Notes: generated by a model from the letters alone, not told the origin. A DNA stretch of 64,000 nt from Andalucia godoyi And28 (GCA_009859145.1 VRVR01000021.1:257507-321506); one strand, 5' to 3'. Positions 17,301-28,000 are shown, counted from the first letter of the stretch. Program-made: numbers and translations.

Positions 17301-20300
17301 CTGATGATGGGGGGGATGGTGGTGATTCATCATCGTTAAATGCTCATCGTGATTCAGTTTCTTCCCACTCGGGAAATATCTTTACAACGCCTGGGGGATT
17401 GTTTGAATTTCTCGAAAACATGACAAGCACATCATCCAATGCTTTCGCCTCCATGCTAGATCACAACATGCCTTACAGTTTTGGCCCTCACGATCAAGAG
17501 TCCTTTTTGTCCGGGCTGAATGTTGCCGTTGATTTGCGACGTCGTGGAAAAGCGCTTCTTTTCCGGGACCCAGATTGCGTGTCGTTTATGATGACGCAGC
17601 TTTGGACGGGTTGCTCCGATGATTCCGCGCGCGCAGATATGCTTCGTGTTGTCTTGTCTTTGCTAGATTTGCATCCTCGCAATCGACAAATGTTTGTTTC
17701 GTCTGGAGCGTTTATTTGGTTTCTCGATGCTGCGGCTTCCTGCTTCGACATCGCATGCAGGACTCTGTGCTTCCAAATTGCCTCTTGCATTGGTCGACAT
17801 TCAATGCGTGCAGGCGAGCTGGAGCATTTGCTGAAGCAAATTGAGAATACGAGTAAGTTGCAGGAAGCAAATGTTGCACTGCAAACGGCTCTGCTGTCGG
17901 TTATGGGGAGGATTTCGGAACGAGATAGTCCCAGCAGCTTCTTTTCTTTCGACGGCATCACTGCTGGCGTGTCCGCAGGATCAGTCAAGAGTATGCCAGC
18001 CTCGAAGTCTGGCATCTCTGTATCCCTGATGTTTCGCCTAGGAGTGTTTCCGCTTGTTGAAGCTATGAGCCACCACAGTCCTATTGGACCTGCGTGTTGC
18101 CATGATGCTCGGTCTGTATTGTGTTGTCTAGTCGATAGTTCGTCGATGTCAACCGTCGAAATTGGGTTGCGGCTCCTCCCGTCTCCGAGCGTTGCTGGTT
18201 CTTCGGGCACGTTGTCGGTGTCCTCTTCCACATCGTCTTTCGCGACTGGCATGCCGCATCACAGCGGTCTGACATCATCGCGTCAAAGCTTTTGCCATAT
18301 TTATTTGCGGGTAATTGGTAAGACGGGCGTTGTTGAGGAAGACTTGAATTTTGAAGCGTGCAGATTGAATTTGTACAGCGGAGAGTGGGTCAGGTTGTCG
18401 GTGTCTGTAGGGAAGGGTTCTGTTCAGGTCGACCTCTCTACCTCTCGCATTTCCAGTGCTTCGCTGTCGTCGTCTTTGCCCATGGCGTTTTATCCCAAGA
18501 ACACCTCTCGAGACCGTCCTATGCATGTTATGCTCGGCCGGCGTCCCCAAATGCTGGTTTCGGACTGGGGCTTGCCGTCCGACCTGTTTTCCGTGTCGCC
18601 GTTCCGGTACTGGAGCAGGACGACAAGAGCGCTGCGTTCGCAAGACGATTGCCGGAAAAATGCGCGTGTGCTTCATTCCTTCTGTGGACAAATCAGTGAA
18701 TTTGACATCGTTGACAAAACTTCTCAAGTATCGCTTCTGCCTAAGGAGTATCAGGACTCGTACGTTTTGCTAACTGCACTCGAATCCGAACAGTTTGATG
18801 AACAGAAAGTTCCAATTGCAATCCGATCGTCGCATGCGGTCTGGATAGTAATTGACGAAGGAAAAGCCTCTGAAATCCAAACCGAAGGTGTTGATGACAT
18901 CAATTCAGTGCTGTTGTTCACTGCTGGCGACAGCGAAGAGCCCAAAAACGTTGGATCAATAGGAGCTCCTGCGCCAGTGTCCGCGAGCACCAGCTTGACA
19001 CCGAAAAAGAAGAGCGTTTCGTCCACCTCCAGTGCCCTGAGACTTCGGCAGCGCGTTTCCATTTTAGATGGAGCGACATTTCATGCCACGCACCTGATGA
19101 CCGAATTTATCGCCGATTGTGGCGGGCTCCAGCGTCTCTTCCAGTTTCTAAAGTTACCAAGCGGGGCTCGACTGTCTTCTCTTAAGGTGTTTGCGTCGCT
19201 GATATCGCATTCCAGTGCGATGAAGGAGGAGTTTTTGAGATCTCGTGCACCGGCCGCCATTACGCATGCATTAATTTCTGCGAAGCGGATCCATGAAGAG
19301 ATTTCTGCCGAAGTCGTCGACACGATTGTTCTTATCGCGAAGAAAGCGCAGTCTCCAGATGGATGGCATATGGCGATGGATTTGCTTCCTGAGTACAACC
19401 TGGATGTCTTGCGTCACTTTTTGCGCCGGCTTCTCGATTCTTTTCTTGAGGGGAAAACGAACAATGTTCAATCGGGAACTCTCGAAAACTTCCGTCGCGG
19501 TCCTGGGTTGATGGAGTTGTTGAACTTCTGGCTTTTCAAGAGCCAGCCGGACGTATTTCCTCTGTTGAGTGTTGTGGTTTCGCAGATGCTTCGAGACACG
19601 CGACTATCGGAAGTGCAGGCATCCTGGGCATTTCTTTCTTCCATGTGCAGTGCACCAGCGACAGATGCAACGTGGGTCCCTGCCATTTGCTCATTTGCAA
19701 AAACCTTAAAAGAGCTGATCCAAGAGAATGCGCAGTTTGCGGAGGCAAGCGGTTCTATTCCCTCCGACGACTCTCCCTTCCAGCCGGTGAATATTACGGC
19801 CTCTTTGGAGGCGACGGCGGCTTCCACTTCGGCATCATCAACCTCAGCAGTGTCTGCCGCAGAAGTGTTTCCATCACCGGTTGCGCCATTCTCATCCAGC
19901 TCAGATGTCTGCAGCTTCGCTCTTGCGGCTTTGTTCGGCTTGCTGGATTCCGTTCACGAGTCGGTCCGGTATGAAGGGTTGTGCATGCTGACCGTTTTGC
20001 TGAAGCGTTCGTCACGCTGCAGGATGCATTTCTTCAAATCCAATGTTGGATATGAAAAGATCGAATCCATTTTGATACGGCATCCAGCTTCCGCCCTTAC
20101 CTTTGATGCAATGTTTGCTTTTGCCCGCGAGCAAATCGACAGTACTGCTGTCAACAACGCTGCGGCAGCCACATCCCAATTTTTGGTTCGTCAGCCGGAG
20201 GTGCTTCGCATTATCTTCATGCTTTTGCACTTTGCATGCGAAGATTCCCAGCTGCACATGAAAGTTCTCGACATTGTCGATCGTCTCGTGGAGGAAGATG

Positions 20301-21577
20301 GCAACGCCGAGCAGCTGATCGAGTATAACTGGTTCGAGCGTTGCTGGAAGACGTTTCTTCCTTTGGCATTTTCTCAGACTTCGACGTTCACAAATGATTT
20401 CCGTGTCGTTGTCGACCGAATTACGCGTCGGCTCTTGTGGTTTGACTTGTGCAGACAGCCACGGGTTTCCAAAATTACTCGCATTAAGGATATGGTGGAT
20501 GCCTCGGACGTTCAGCTTTCGTTGCTAAGATGTGTTATCGACGTTTTGTTCGAGTTTGAAGACTCGGAAGACCCTTCAAAGAAGATGCCTGCACAGCAGC
20601 CCACGTCGACTCCAAAGAAGAAAGTCGTTGGTGCAGTTAACGTTGGAACCCCGACCTCTCCAAGTTCCTCGACGCAGGGGCTCAATGTACCCGGAGAGAA
20701 GTTGCAGCACATCATTCGCAATCTTTCCGCGCTGCTGGATTCTCTTGATGCAGACATTCTTCTCACACCCCATGTCTGTCTACGCATCTTGCTTGCGATT
20801 AATCAGTTGGCGTATCGATCTTCGTTTGAAATGCGAACCCGGATGAAGAATGCCAATCTGTTTGTCATGCGTGATCATTTCACGACGCTGTGTCTCATGC
20901 TGTTGCAGCCGCGCATTATTCCGAAATCCGGTCAGGATGAATCGGTTTCCGAAAATGAATCGCTACCTGTTCGATCTCTTTCAGTTGCGGAGATCATGGA
21001 TATTTTAACGCAGTTTCCTTTCGAGTCCGTTGCTGAACAGCAGTCGTTTCGCGACACGGGACTCTTGTGTCTCTTGCGTTTGTTGTTTCGTGCCGAAGAC
21101 GTGCCTTCTTCAAGAGCGGATCTGCTGACCATGCAAAGCTTCATTTTCGACGTGGTCGTTCACGTATTTTTGCAAGTAGAAGACAATCGGAAGGTGATTG
21201 CGAAAGTTGTTGGCGACGAGACGGTGTTCTCTCGTCTGGATTCTTCGGAAGAGTTCACGGAGTGGTATGGATCATCGGAACAGGTGTCGCATAGACAGCT
21301 TGTGGAGATGAACGTTTCAAAGTCATGGGCGATAGTGGAGGACTCGTATCTGAAGAATCGTGAGAAGTTGCAGGCCAAGAGGCTGAAGAAACTGAAAGTT
21401 CGCCAGGAAGAAAAGCAGAAGAATCGGTCGCTGTCGGCGCGTAGCATAAGTGAACTCGATGCGCGCTGTGCGCTTCTGTTGTCTTCGCTTCGAGAATGGC
21501 ATGTCGCGCATGTTCAAGATATTCAAGAACGCAAGACCAAGCGTTTAGATGCCGGTCTATCCGTGTTTCCATTATAA
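14309..21577 (+). CDS. 2422-aa ARM/HEAT alpha-solenoid protein resembling the N-terminal part of BEACH-family (WDFY3/LYST/neurobeachin) proteins
   Basis: Uninterrupted ORF with ARM-like repeats (HDGIGKLIRLF, RIDGYSFFLNLF, CGGIECLVEF). ConA-like entry motif PSSFFSFDG...GISVSLMFR and exit motif ATFHATHLMTEFIADCGGLQRLF. C-terminal coiled coil. No BEACH or WD40 module seen. Confidence 0.6.
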   Translation: MQTIRRKWLLRRTSGRLRALWEDYRSHGVDSESDDAVVLSKFRALVEGFQSIYGELVQSPGSLTVFLERVVVEDTDIVDSVLEFAESERFKKGLNNTEVRDEAAELVSKGLQVVEIMLQDAKFRSVVADSDGLLLRVLSLLDKVHVHAAQVTALNVMIELVVSEMNRAFVLEHDGIGKLIRLFGDGNEAVKKQVLKAISHCMNASISQSHVERELSRLSTADPSAANGFPSAFRQDAQNESFHHPTSDAGTGDEEPSKSVHLRRIQRSAHRRTVSDKVTGLVVDMSKLLGSELVRLFPSMSFADNLSDEAEVAQKHNAHAISGMLDGNQHVEPEDGRDVVRRTLAAARGAPTIGQKVFVFPPSSDEIQDELGKVMDLLSAVANASPIFGDALPVVDAKDDVLGIRGALSSLTELVKSSALSVQLDLIRTVSRIVLGNKRNQDEMRRIDGYSFFLNLFDFVQEFSSVDAQSFLRDAFDVLFVVVLDDHKDMRVGNHDALRTLFRLLTSSKVPEVQMHTLRCLHDIMAVNMWNVLDVRQCGGIECLVEFVFSIPCACNGEGVQPSRLHTQLLDSSLELLVYVGVVLQKSELRVLELLATAVCTRHAELPPQCMFACLRSCVALVSDVMFRLESVPTVHAWKYLVPLLEYLLASPLLDSHSVLVLLDLLALASSSYDSAVLFVDAGLLGLILPFLSNVSSTPQNVFERCLSLFSVMTFVCSSHSPNSGVEPSLHIDLLSNFEVKQRLSGFALQIVDGLLSVIRGCASSGSLDNVKKILGLARLCFIIFSVTSFSDAMLYFLYQRGLASLVDLIELSPSAGLDVLLCIGEAVRGSNFGKQYFIEIIGLEKFDRVLRQLYAVHQLQFLHCLILLELFSFASIMDVVVPLADASALALWPNYSPSFSVVPAFDGPWAFSRDVSDPTVSQKFSRAGSVDAVHNFAHPHGFKKPDIKSMKSSSLSVVMNEISDPHSFPASSEWKHVPTHSAPTSVRPSRSSLSLVPDDGGDGGDSSSLNAHRDSVSSHSGNIFTTPGGLFEFLENMTSTSSNAFASMLDHNMPYSFGPHDQESFLSGLNVAVDLRRRGKALLFRDPDCVSFMMTQLWTGCSDDSARADMLRVVLSLLDLHPRNRQMFVSSGAFIWFLDAAASCFDIACRTLCFQIASCIGRHSMRAGELEHLLKQIENTSKLQEANVALQTALLSVMGRISERDSPSSFFSFDGITAGVSAGSVKSMPASKSGISVSLMFRLGVFPLVEAMSHHSPIGPACCHDARSVLCCLVDSSSMSTVEIGLRLLPSPSVAGSSGTLSVSSSTSSFATGMPHHSGLTSSRQSFCHIYLRVIGKTGVVEEDLNFEACRLNLYSGEWVRLSVSVGKGSVQVDLSTSRISSASLSSSLPMAFYPKNTSRDRPMHVMLGRRPQMLVSDWGLPSDLFSVSPFRYWSRTTRALRSQDDCRKNARVLHSFCGQISEFDIVDKTSQVSLLPKEYQDSYVLLTALESEQFDEQKVPIAIRSSHAVWIVIDEGKASEIQTEGVDDINSVLLFTAGDSEEPKNVGSIGAPAPVSASTSLTPKKKSVSSTSSALRLRQRVSILDGATFHATHLMTEFIADCGGLQRLFQFLKLPSGARLSSLKVFASLISHSSAMKEEFLRSRAPAAITHALISAKRIHEEISAEVVDTIVLIAKKAQSPDGWHMAMDLLPEYNLDVLRHFLRRLLDSFLEGKTNNVQSGTLENFRRGPGLMELLNFWLFKSQPDVFPLLSVVVSQMLRDTRLSEVQASWAFLSSMCSAPATDATWVPAICSFAKTLKELIQENAQFAEASGSIPSDDSPFQPVNITASLEATAASTSASSTSAVSAAEVFPSPVAPFSSSSDVCSFALAALFGLLDSVHESVRYEGLCMLTVLLKRSSRCRMHFFKSNVGYEKIESILIRHPASALTFDAMFAFAREQIDSTAVNNAAAATSQFLVRQPEVLRIIFMLLHFACEDSQLHMKVLDIVDRLVEEDGNAEQLIEYNWFERCWKTFLPLAFSQTSTFTNDFRVVVDRITRRLLWFDLCRQPRVSKITRIKDMVDASDVQLSLLRCVIDVLFEFEDSEDPSKKMPAQQPTSTPKKKVVGAVNVGTPTSPSSSTQGLNVPGEKLQHIIRNLSALLDSLDADILLTPHVCLRILLAINQLAYRSSFEMRTRMKNANLFVMRDHFTTLCLMLLQPRIIPKSGQDESVSENESLPVRSLSVAEIMDILTQFPFESVAEQQSFRDTGLLCLLRLLFRAEDVPSSRADLLTMQSFIFDVVVHVFLQVEDNRKVIAKVVGDETVFSRLDSSEEFTEWYGSSEQVSHRQLVEMNVSKSWAIVEDSYLKNREKLQAKRLKKLKVRQEEKQKNRSLSARSISELDARCALLLSSLREWHVAHVQDIQERKTKRLDAGLSVFPL

Positions 21578-21762
21578 TGGTTTTCCCTCTCTTCTCTTTC
21601 TGACTTATGTAATTGTTATTTTCAGTGAGGTTTTATTTTTCCCCTTCCTTTATTTTTTCCCCTTTTTGAATGTAAGTATTGTAAGATTTGGTTCAAATAA
21701 ATGGTATTTGGTTTTTTGGTTATTGTTGGAATGAATTAATGATTGAACTCTTTCTTTAGACT

Positions 21763-22938
21763 TCACAATTTTCTTGCCTTCTTCACTGCCTTTGCGTCGA
21801 CAACGGCAGGGGCCGTTCTCTTCTTTGGTCGCGCTACTTCTGTCTCCGCTATTTCTGCATCTACAGTCTTTGAAGGAGCAACCTTTGCAGGCGTGGTGGT
21901 CGTCGGCTGTGCCTGTGACGGCGACTTCGAGAAGTCAGCAGACTTCTTTGACAAGCGCTCGGCTTTCGGTGAACTGGCTGACAGAGATTTGGCTTCTGGT
22001 TTAGGAGACGAAGCCGGGGCAGTCGCATTCTTCTTTTGTTCGGCCTTTTTTGCACCAATCTTTGTGGACTGAACGAGATTAGCCTTCTCTGCATTTGCTG
22101 ATTTCAGTTCTTGCTCGGCATCCGCTTTGGTGTTCTTTTTTGCACCACCAGGCTTTTCCGCCTTCTCCGTCTTTTCCGCAGTGACTCCGTTGGATTTCTT
22201 TTCCTGCTGCACGCTGTCACTCTGCGCTGGGACCTTGAATACATAGTTCCAAACTGGGAGTGCAACGCTCTCCTTTGTTTTGATGTTCAGAGCCTGGATC
22301 GGCTGACCCACTGCTTGGGAGACCGGCTGGACGACAGCGAAGAAGTTGTCGAGCAGATGTTCAGTGTCCATCGTAGTGGACCCAAAGCAAACAGAAACGC
22401 ACGTTCCTCTTCCATATGACAACAACGTGCTGTGAAGCGTTTTTTCGATTTCTCCTCGAATGTGCTTTGTATCCACCTTGATGGCGACTGGCTGCTTCTT
22501 TGATTCATAGAACTTGCTTCCCAGAACTCGCGGTAGCGCAGTGATTACTCGCTCATCAGCAAGGAATACATCAAATGCACCAACCAGTGCCCTTCGTTCT
22601 TCAAATGTCTTGAACTTTGTTTTCAGCTTTGCAACGCCCACGACCTTCTGGACCACTTCTGACAGCCCAAACTTTTGTACGAGTTGCTTGGTTTCTTTGT
22701 GCGGATCCTTTGCAATAAGCATAACCTGTGTCTTTCCTTCCGAGAAGATGGGGTTTGGGATTGGGATTCGCAGCGGATTCACCCGCGCACGAGCAGGCAC
22801 CGTTCGGAGTGTGAACTGCATGTACAACGCCTCTCCAGCCTCGCCTTGCAGCAGATCCTTCGATGCGTTCGCAGCAATATGTTTCTTCAATGCACTTACA
22901 GCCTTGCGAACCTGGTCGCGATCCGGAGTTGGTGTCAT
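21763..22938 (-). CDS. RSL1D1: Ribosomal L1 domain-containing protein (RSL1D1/Cic1/Utp30 family)
   Basis: QVRKAVSALKKH...RIPIPNPIF..VMLIAKDP...KLKTKFKTFEERRALVGAFDVFLADERVITALPRVLGSKFYESKKQPVAI...ESVALPVW, followed by a Lys/Ala-rich tail. First true ATG is at 22938. Confidence 0.9.
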   Translation of the reverse strand: MTPTPDRDQVRKAVSALKKHIAANASKDLLQGEAGEALYMQFTLRTVPARARVNPLRIPIPNPIFSEGKTQVMLIAKDPHKETKQLVQKFGLSEVVQKVVGVAKLKTKFKTFEERRALVGAFDVFLADERVITALPRVLGSKFYESKKQPVAIKVDTKHIRGEIEKTLHSTLLSYGRGTCVSVCFGSTTMDTEHLLDNFFAVVQPVSQAVGQPIQALNIKTKESVALPVWNYVFKVPAQSDSVQQEKKSNGVTAEKTEKAEKPGGAKKNTKADAEQELKSANAEKANLVQSTKIGAKKAEQKKNATAPASSPKPEAKSLSASSPKAERLSKKSADFSKSPSQAQPTTTTPAKVAPSKTVDAEIAETEVARPKKRTAPAVVDAKAVKKARKL

Positions 22939-23233
22939 TCCTCCCAAAAATTAAAAAATCCTTCCACAAATCCCCCGGGACAGAACCACAACCGAGCAAA
23001 AACGCAAAGATGAAAACACAAAGATGAATTGAACAAAATCATCGAAAGAGAAGCGATGAAAACATCAAAATGCAACAACTTTTTACTTGGCTTTTCAAAA
23101 ACCGCACACCGAAGCGCGAAAGATTCGAGGATGCATCAATTGATGCAATAAAAAGCCCCTCTCCTTGTTCGCAATGCGTGGACTCACGATTCGCAGACGG
23201 GCGCGGAGAGAATAGGAGATAGATGAGAGATGA

Positions 23234-23275
23234 GAGATAGGAGATAGGAGATAGGAGATAGGAGATAGGAGATAG
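23234..23275 (+). repeat. 7-bp tandem repeat (GAGATAG) x6
   Basis: Six perfect copies ending 14 bp before the MED31 ATG. Confidence 0.95.
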
Positions 23276-23289
23276 GAGAATAGAAAAGG

Positions 23290-23673
23290 ATGGCTGGACA
23301 AGAGAGAGGAGAATGGAGTGGGTCTGATTTGCAGAGATTTCGTCAAGACGTAGAGTTCATCGAGCTGTTGGCGAATCCAGAGTATTTGCATACGCTGGCG
23401 GTTCGAAAGTACTTTGATGATGCATTGTTCTTGTCGTATCTCAGTGCACTTCGAAAGCGGTTTTCTGAGCCGTCGTTTTCTGCGTGGATCCGATTCCCAG
23501 TCGCACTGACCATGTTGCATCTGCTTCAGGACCCCCTGTTTCGAAAGGAACTGCTGGAGCCGGCATTCTTCCAGTACATTCACTCCCAAATGGTCCTTCA
23601 CTGGACCCATGCTGAGCGCACCACTCCCATCACCGACACCCCGCGAAGACCAGCGTCCAACCTCAGTGTATAG
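23290..23673 (+). CDS. MED31: Mediator subunit 31 (SOH1)
   Basis: RFRQDVEFIELLANPEYLHTLAVRKYFDDALFLSYLSAL...RFPVALTMLHLLQDPLFRKEL matches the SOH1 consensus. Confidence 0.9.
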   Translation: MAGQERGEWSGSDLQRFRQDVEFIELLANPEYLHTLAVRKYFDDALFLSYLSALRKRFSEPSFSAWIRFPVALTMLHLLQDPLFRKELLEPAFFQYIHSQMVLHWTHAERTTPITDTPRRPASNLSV

Positions 23674-23891
23674 GTTCACGAGCAGACGCTCCCACTCCCA
23701 CTCCCACTCACAATCATCTACCATTAATCATTAATTGAAAAAGTAAAAATGAAGAGATGTACATGCATATACACGCAAACACGAGATTTCTTATCTTGTG
23801 CTGGTTTACTGGTGGATGTGTTCATATTTCTTCTGGTAAAGCCTCTTCTCTCTCTCTGTGCTGATACTTTCCCCCCTTCACTGAGAGTCAC

Positions 23892-24455
23892 CTATGAGCT
23901 GCTGGAGTCCGAGTGGAAGACAGCGACTCCTCTTCGCAGCGCGACGTCCTGTGGAGTTTCGAGGAGTTTGAGAGCGTCGAAAGCGGCTTTGATGACGTTT
24001 AGCTTGTTTGTGGATCCATGGACCTTTGCCGAGATGTCTTGGATACCGGCAACCTGAGCAATTGCCGTGATGTTCCGATTTGCACGAATTCCCGAGTTGA
24101 CACGCGCAGGACGCAGCTCGACAATTGTTTCGCAGTGCTCGGCCTTGACTGCATGTGTGATGGTCTGTCGTGCCGTCGCTTGAGAAACGTCTGCAGGCTG
24201 CTCAAGGAAGATCCGTGTTCTTCTCGACTGTTCAAGAGCCTTCTGCACAGCACTCGGAACATCAAGAGCCTTTCCATATCCATACCCAACACACCCAGAA
24301 AGATTTCCAGAAACTACAAGTGCAGTGAATCCAAGAACTTTGCCGCCTTTCGTCACTTTCGTCACTCGCCGAACATCAAGAACTCGCACTTCCTCCGGCG
24401 CTCGGCCTCCTGCACGCGGAAACGCAGACGAAAACATCCGACGCAACAACAACAT
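23892..24455 (-). CDS. MRPS5: Mitochondrial ribosomal protein uS5m
   Basis: Bacterial-type S5 motifs (VRRVTKVTKGGK..FTALVVSGN..GYGYGKA; ELRPA..GIRA; AGIQDISAKVHGSTNKLNVIKA) preceded by an Arg/Ser-rich presequence, MLLLRRMFSSAFPRA. Confidence 0.9.
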   Translation of the reverse strand: MLLLRRMFSSAFPRAGGRAPEEVRVLDVRRVTKVTKGGKVLGFTALVVSGNLSGCVGYGYGKALDVPSAVQKALEQSRRTRIFLEQPADVSQATARQTITHAVKAEHCETIVELRPARVNSGIRANRNITAIAQVAGIQDISAKVHGSTNKLNVIKAAFDALKLLETPQDVALRRGVAVFHSDSSSS

Positions 24456-24836
24456 CCTTCTTCAATGTTCCCTTAAAAATGCCTGAAATCGGTCTTGTCA
24501 AAAAAATCAAAAAAATCTGCCAAATATCTAAACGCTAAGCGCATCTCCGAGCAAGAGTCCAGAAACAAGGAACGAACGAACGGAAGAGAGGAAGAGAGAC
24601 AAGAAAAAAAAAGGCGATCATGCAAGTCTCAAGTATCAAAAGTCTCAAGTCGTCGATTACCAGCCAGGTCCGTTCCTTCGGCCGGTTCACGAGTCTTTCG
24701 GATTCTGAATTTCTAAATGTCTTCTTTCTTTCCTATTGCATCTGTCTAGAGTTTCTTGATTCTTCATATCATTCCAAAGAAAAAGAAAAGAAAAAACAAC
24801 AACAACAACAATAATTATAACAACAACATTCACAGG

Positions 24837-24916
24837 GTAATTAATTGCTTCTCTTTCTCATTTTCTCATTTATTCCTTTTCGTTCTCCGCTAACATTCGC
24901 GTTTTTCTGTTTTTAG
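24837..24916 (+). other. Probable 80-nt spliceosomal intron in the 5' UTR of the giant gene
   Basis: GTAATT donor at 24837, pyrimidine-rich body, GCTAAC branch point at 24889-24894, TTTTAG acceptor at 24916. ATG is at 25021. Confidence 0.7.
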
Positions 24917-25020
24917 GGATTTTCATATTCCAGCAACAGTCATTATTTCAATATCCCCTATCATTATCACTATCATTATCATTTTAAGTTTTCGCCTCGC
25001 CTTCCTGTATATCACAAAAA

Positions 25021-28000
25021 ATGATGTTGCATCGATTTTCAAATCACAACAGATATTCTTCTCTGCTCGCCGTGCTGTTGTTTGTGCTTCTTTTGTTGCA
25101 TCATCGATCCTTGTTAGTGTCTTCGGAGAGGTGGGACGCCACCGCGGGTAAGGCCTGGGCGGCCTCCACGAACAATTGGAATCCAAAGGTAATTCCCAAT
25201 GATTTTACAAAGCCTGTGCTTTTCGGCGCGCTTCCAAACGTTGGAGAAATCATCTTGATCGACGCAAAGTATTCTGCATATTCCATGACAGCCTGGTCAA
25301 CCCCGGCTTCGCGAAAATTTTCTTGCTCCGTGGCCTTGTGCGGGGTCACCGCTGCACCAACGTTTGGGAATTTTACTATTAACGGATGGACATTTGATGG
25401 TGGCTCAGGGGCAATGACGCTTGCATTATCCGACTCGCCTGCAGCCTCCAACTTTCTTTCCTCCGGGTTTGCAGGCAGCGTGTCGATTGCTTTCAGCAAC
25501 ACGGGGTTGTTGACAATCAGCCCCACTACCACTTTGCCGACACTTTCCATCGCTTCGGGGACTCCTCTTTCACTGTACAGCATTGCAAATTCTCCGTCGG
25601 TCAATTCATTGACAATGACCAGTGCGGGAATCACCACGTTTTACGGGGCCACGCTTGTGACATCTGTCGTTCAGACGGGATTGGGGACGTTTGCAACTGT
25701 CCCAGGCAGCTTAGCGATTACTTTTCAAGATAGTTGGCAGGTTCTCGGTAGTTCCCCAGTCTTTAAATTCTCCACCTCCATGTCAATCAAGACTGCGGAT
25801 CTTTCCATTGTGGGCGACATCAACCCATCCTTTGTCTGCGACACTTTGGTCAATTGCAACATCACTGCGTCGACCATTGACTTTGTAGCTGGATCGACTG
25901 TGCAGCTGGGAGCAGGTTTCACGTTGTATCTCCAAGCGCTACCCTACACCGATCCTGCACCTCTTACTTTTACTGGCAGTGGAGTACTTTCTCTTGCAAG
26001 TACGAGTGTTGCTGTGCCAACGTGCTCGGCCAGTAATGTTCAATTTTCAGGCAGTGTATCCTGGGGCCCATGTCTTCAGGTCACCATTGGTAATTTAGAT
26101 TTGGGAACCTCTGGATTCAGTCTGTCTTGTCCACTTCAGTTGAACACGAAAGTTACGTCGTCATCTCAATCAGCATTCGTTACGGCAAGCTCCGTGTCTG
26201 TGTCTTCCGCGGCAGGATCCTTCGTCTTTGCAAATGCGGCGCCATTGACTATGAAATCCACGGTCTTTATGAATGGGCAGTCTGTGAGCGTCATGTCAGA
26301 CTTGTCCTTCCCCACCCTCTCCATCACAGCATCACAGTCTTGGTCCTGTGCATCTGCAAAGTGCATCATCACGGTGGGTACACTCTACTTGAATGGAAAT
26401 GTTTGGATCCTGGACAGCAAGACACAGTTAATCGTTAACTCAACAATTACTTCGTCATCGGGTGCCTACATTTCAGTGCCTCTCATGTTCATCGGCAATT
26501 CATCGTCGTTCTCATTTTTTGGATCAGGATCTTTGCAGTTGTCTACACTTCTATCCATTAACACTTCCACTATCAATACCCAGCCCGCGCTCCAAATTTC
26601 AACTGTGAATTCAATGGTTTTGAACTATTTTAGGTGCTCGGGCACTTCGACATGCTCGATGGAGGTGGGGAGCATGCAGGTGTATTCGGGGTCCGTGAGT
26701 TTGGATGGAGGAGCGACGCTGTATCTGAACAATTCTTTGCTGTCCTCGGGAACGTTTTCTGTGACGGGTGGCAGCAAGGTGTATCTTGGTAGCGTGCTGA
26801 ATTCTGCATTTGCGATTTCCGGAGTGAGCAAGTTGTTGCTGCAGAATCCGGAGACGATTGTGCGGACGTCTGCGCTGACGACGTCTGGGGACGTGTATGT
26901 GGATTCGCTCACCGTTTCTGGCAGCCAGTCGTGGGTGTGCAGCGGATCTGTTTCTAGCTGTCGAGTGTTTGGAGGCAGTGTCGTAGCCTCGCTGACGACG
27001 TGGAGCATAGGGTCGACGCTAGGGTTCTATGCCAACAACAGCATACAGATATTGTCTGCTTCTACGACAATCTGGGGATCATCAAACATATTTTTGGGCA
27101 ATTCAAGCGTCTCTGTGTTTGCGATATCCGGGTTGCTGTATGTTCGTGCTCAAGCGACGTTGCTGTCTCGGTCATTGTCGTTGAACAGCGATTTCCTGCC
27201 AGATGTGTTGGTGCTGCCAATGGCAGGATCCGGGTCTGGGTCTCAGATATCGTGTTCTGTTGCGGTGTGTCGGGTTGTTGCAGGGACAGTTTCGACCGTT
27301 TCGGGAACTGTTAGTTTTGCAGCGAACGTGTATTTGCAGCTGAATTCGACGCTGTTGACGACAGATGTCTCCGGGTCGTTATCGCTGTGGGCGGGGCAGC
27401 TGATTTTTGGCAACTCTTCAATGTTTTCTGTTGTGAATGTCGGGGATTTGGCGTTGAAGAGCTCCGTGATCAGCTTTCGGTCGTCGGCGTTCAGTTTTTC
27501 CGGGCGTGTGCAAGCAGACTCTGTGGAGGTGCAGCCAGCAACGCAAACGTGGAGTTGCGCAGTGGCCGGGTCTTGCGCAGTGGCAATGGGGGAATTGTTT
27601 CTTGGGTCTAGCATCCTCAGTGCAACGGGAGTGAACGAGGTGATCGTCAATTCTTCGGTGTCCTCCGTGACAGGATCGCAGATATCTGTGCAGCAGTTGA
27701 GGATTGGCAATTCCACGTCTTTCCGGTTTTCAGGAAGCGGTGTGTTGCGAGTTGTGGGGCCTGTTGCTGCAAATGTTTCGACTGTGTATTTGACCAGTGC
27801 ACCGTCGATATCGACACTTCAATCCATGGAGCTGGCAGCATTGGTGTGCTCGGGCACTTCGACATGCTCGATGGAGGTGGGGAGCATGCAGGTGTATTCG
27901 GGGTCCGTGAGTTTGGATGGAGGAGCGACGCTGTATCTGAACAATTCTTTGCTGTCCTCGGGAACGTTTTCTGTGACGGGTGGCAGCAAGGTGTATCTTG

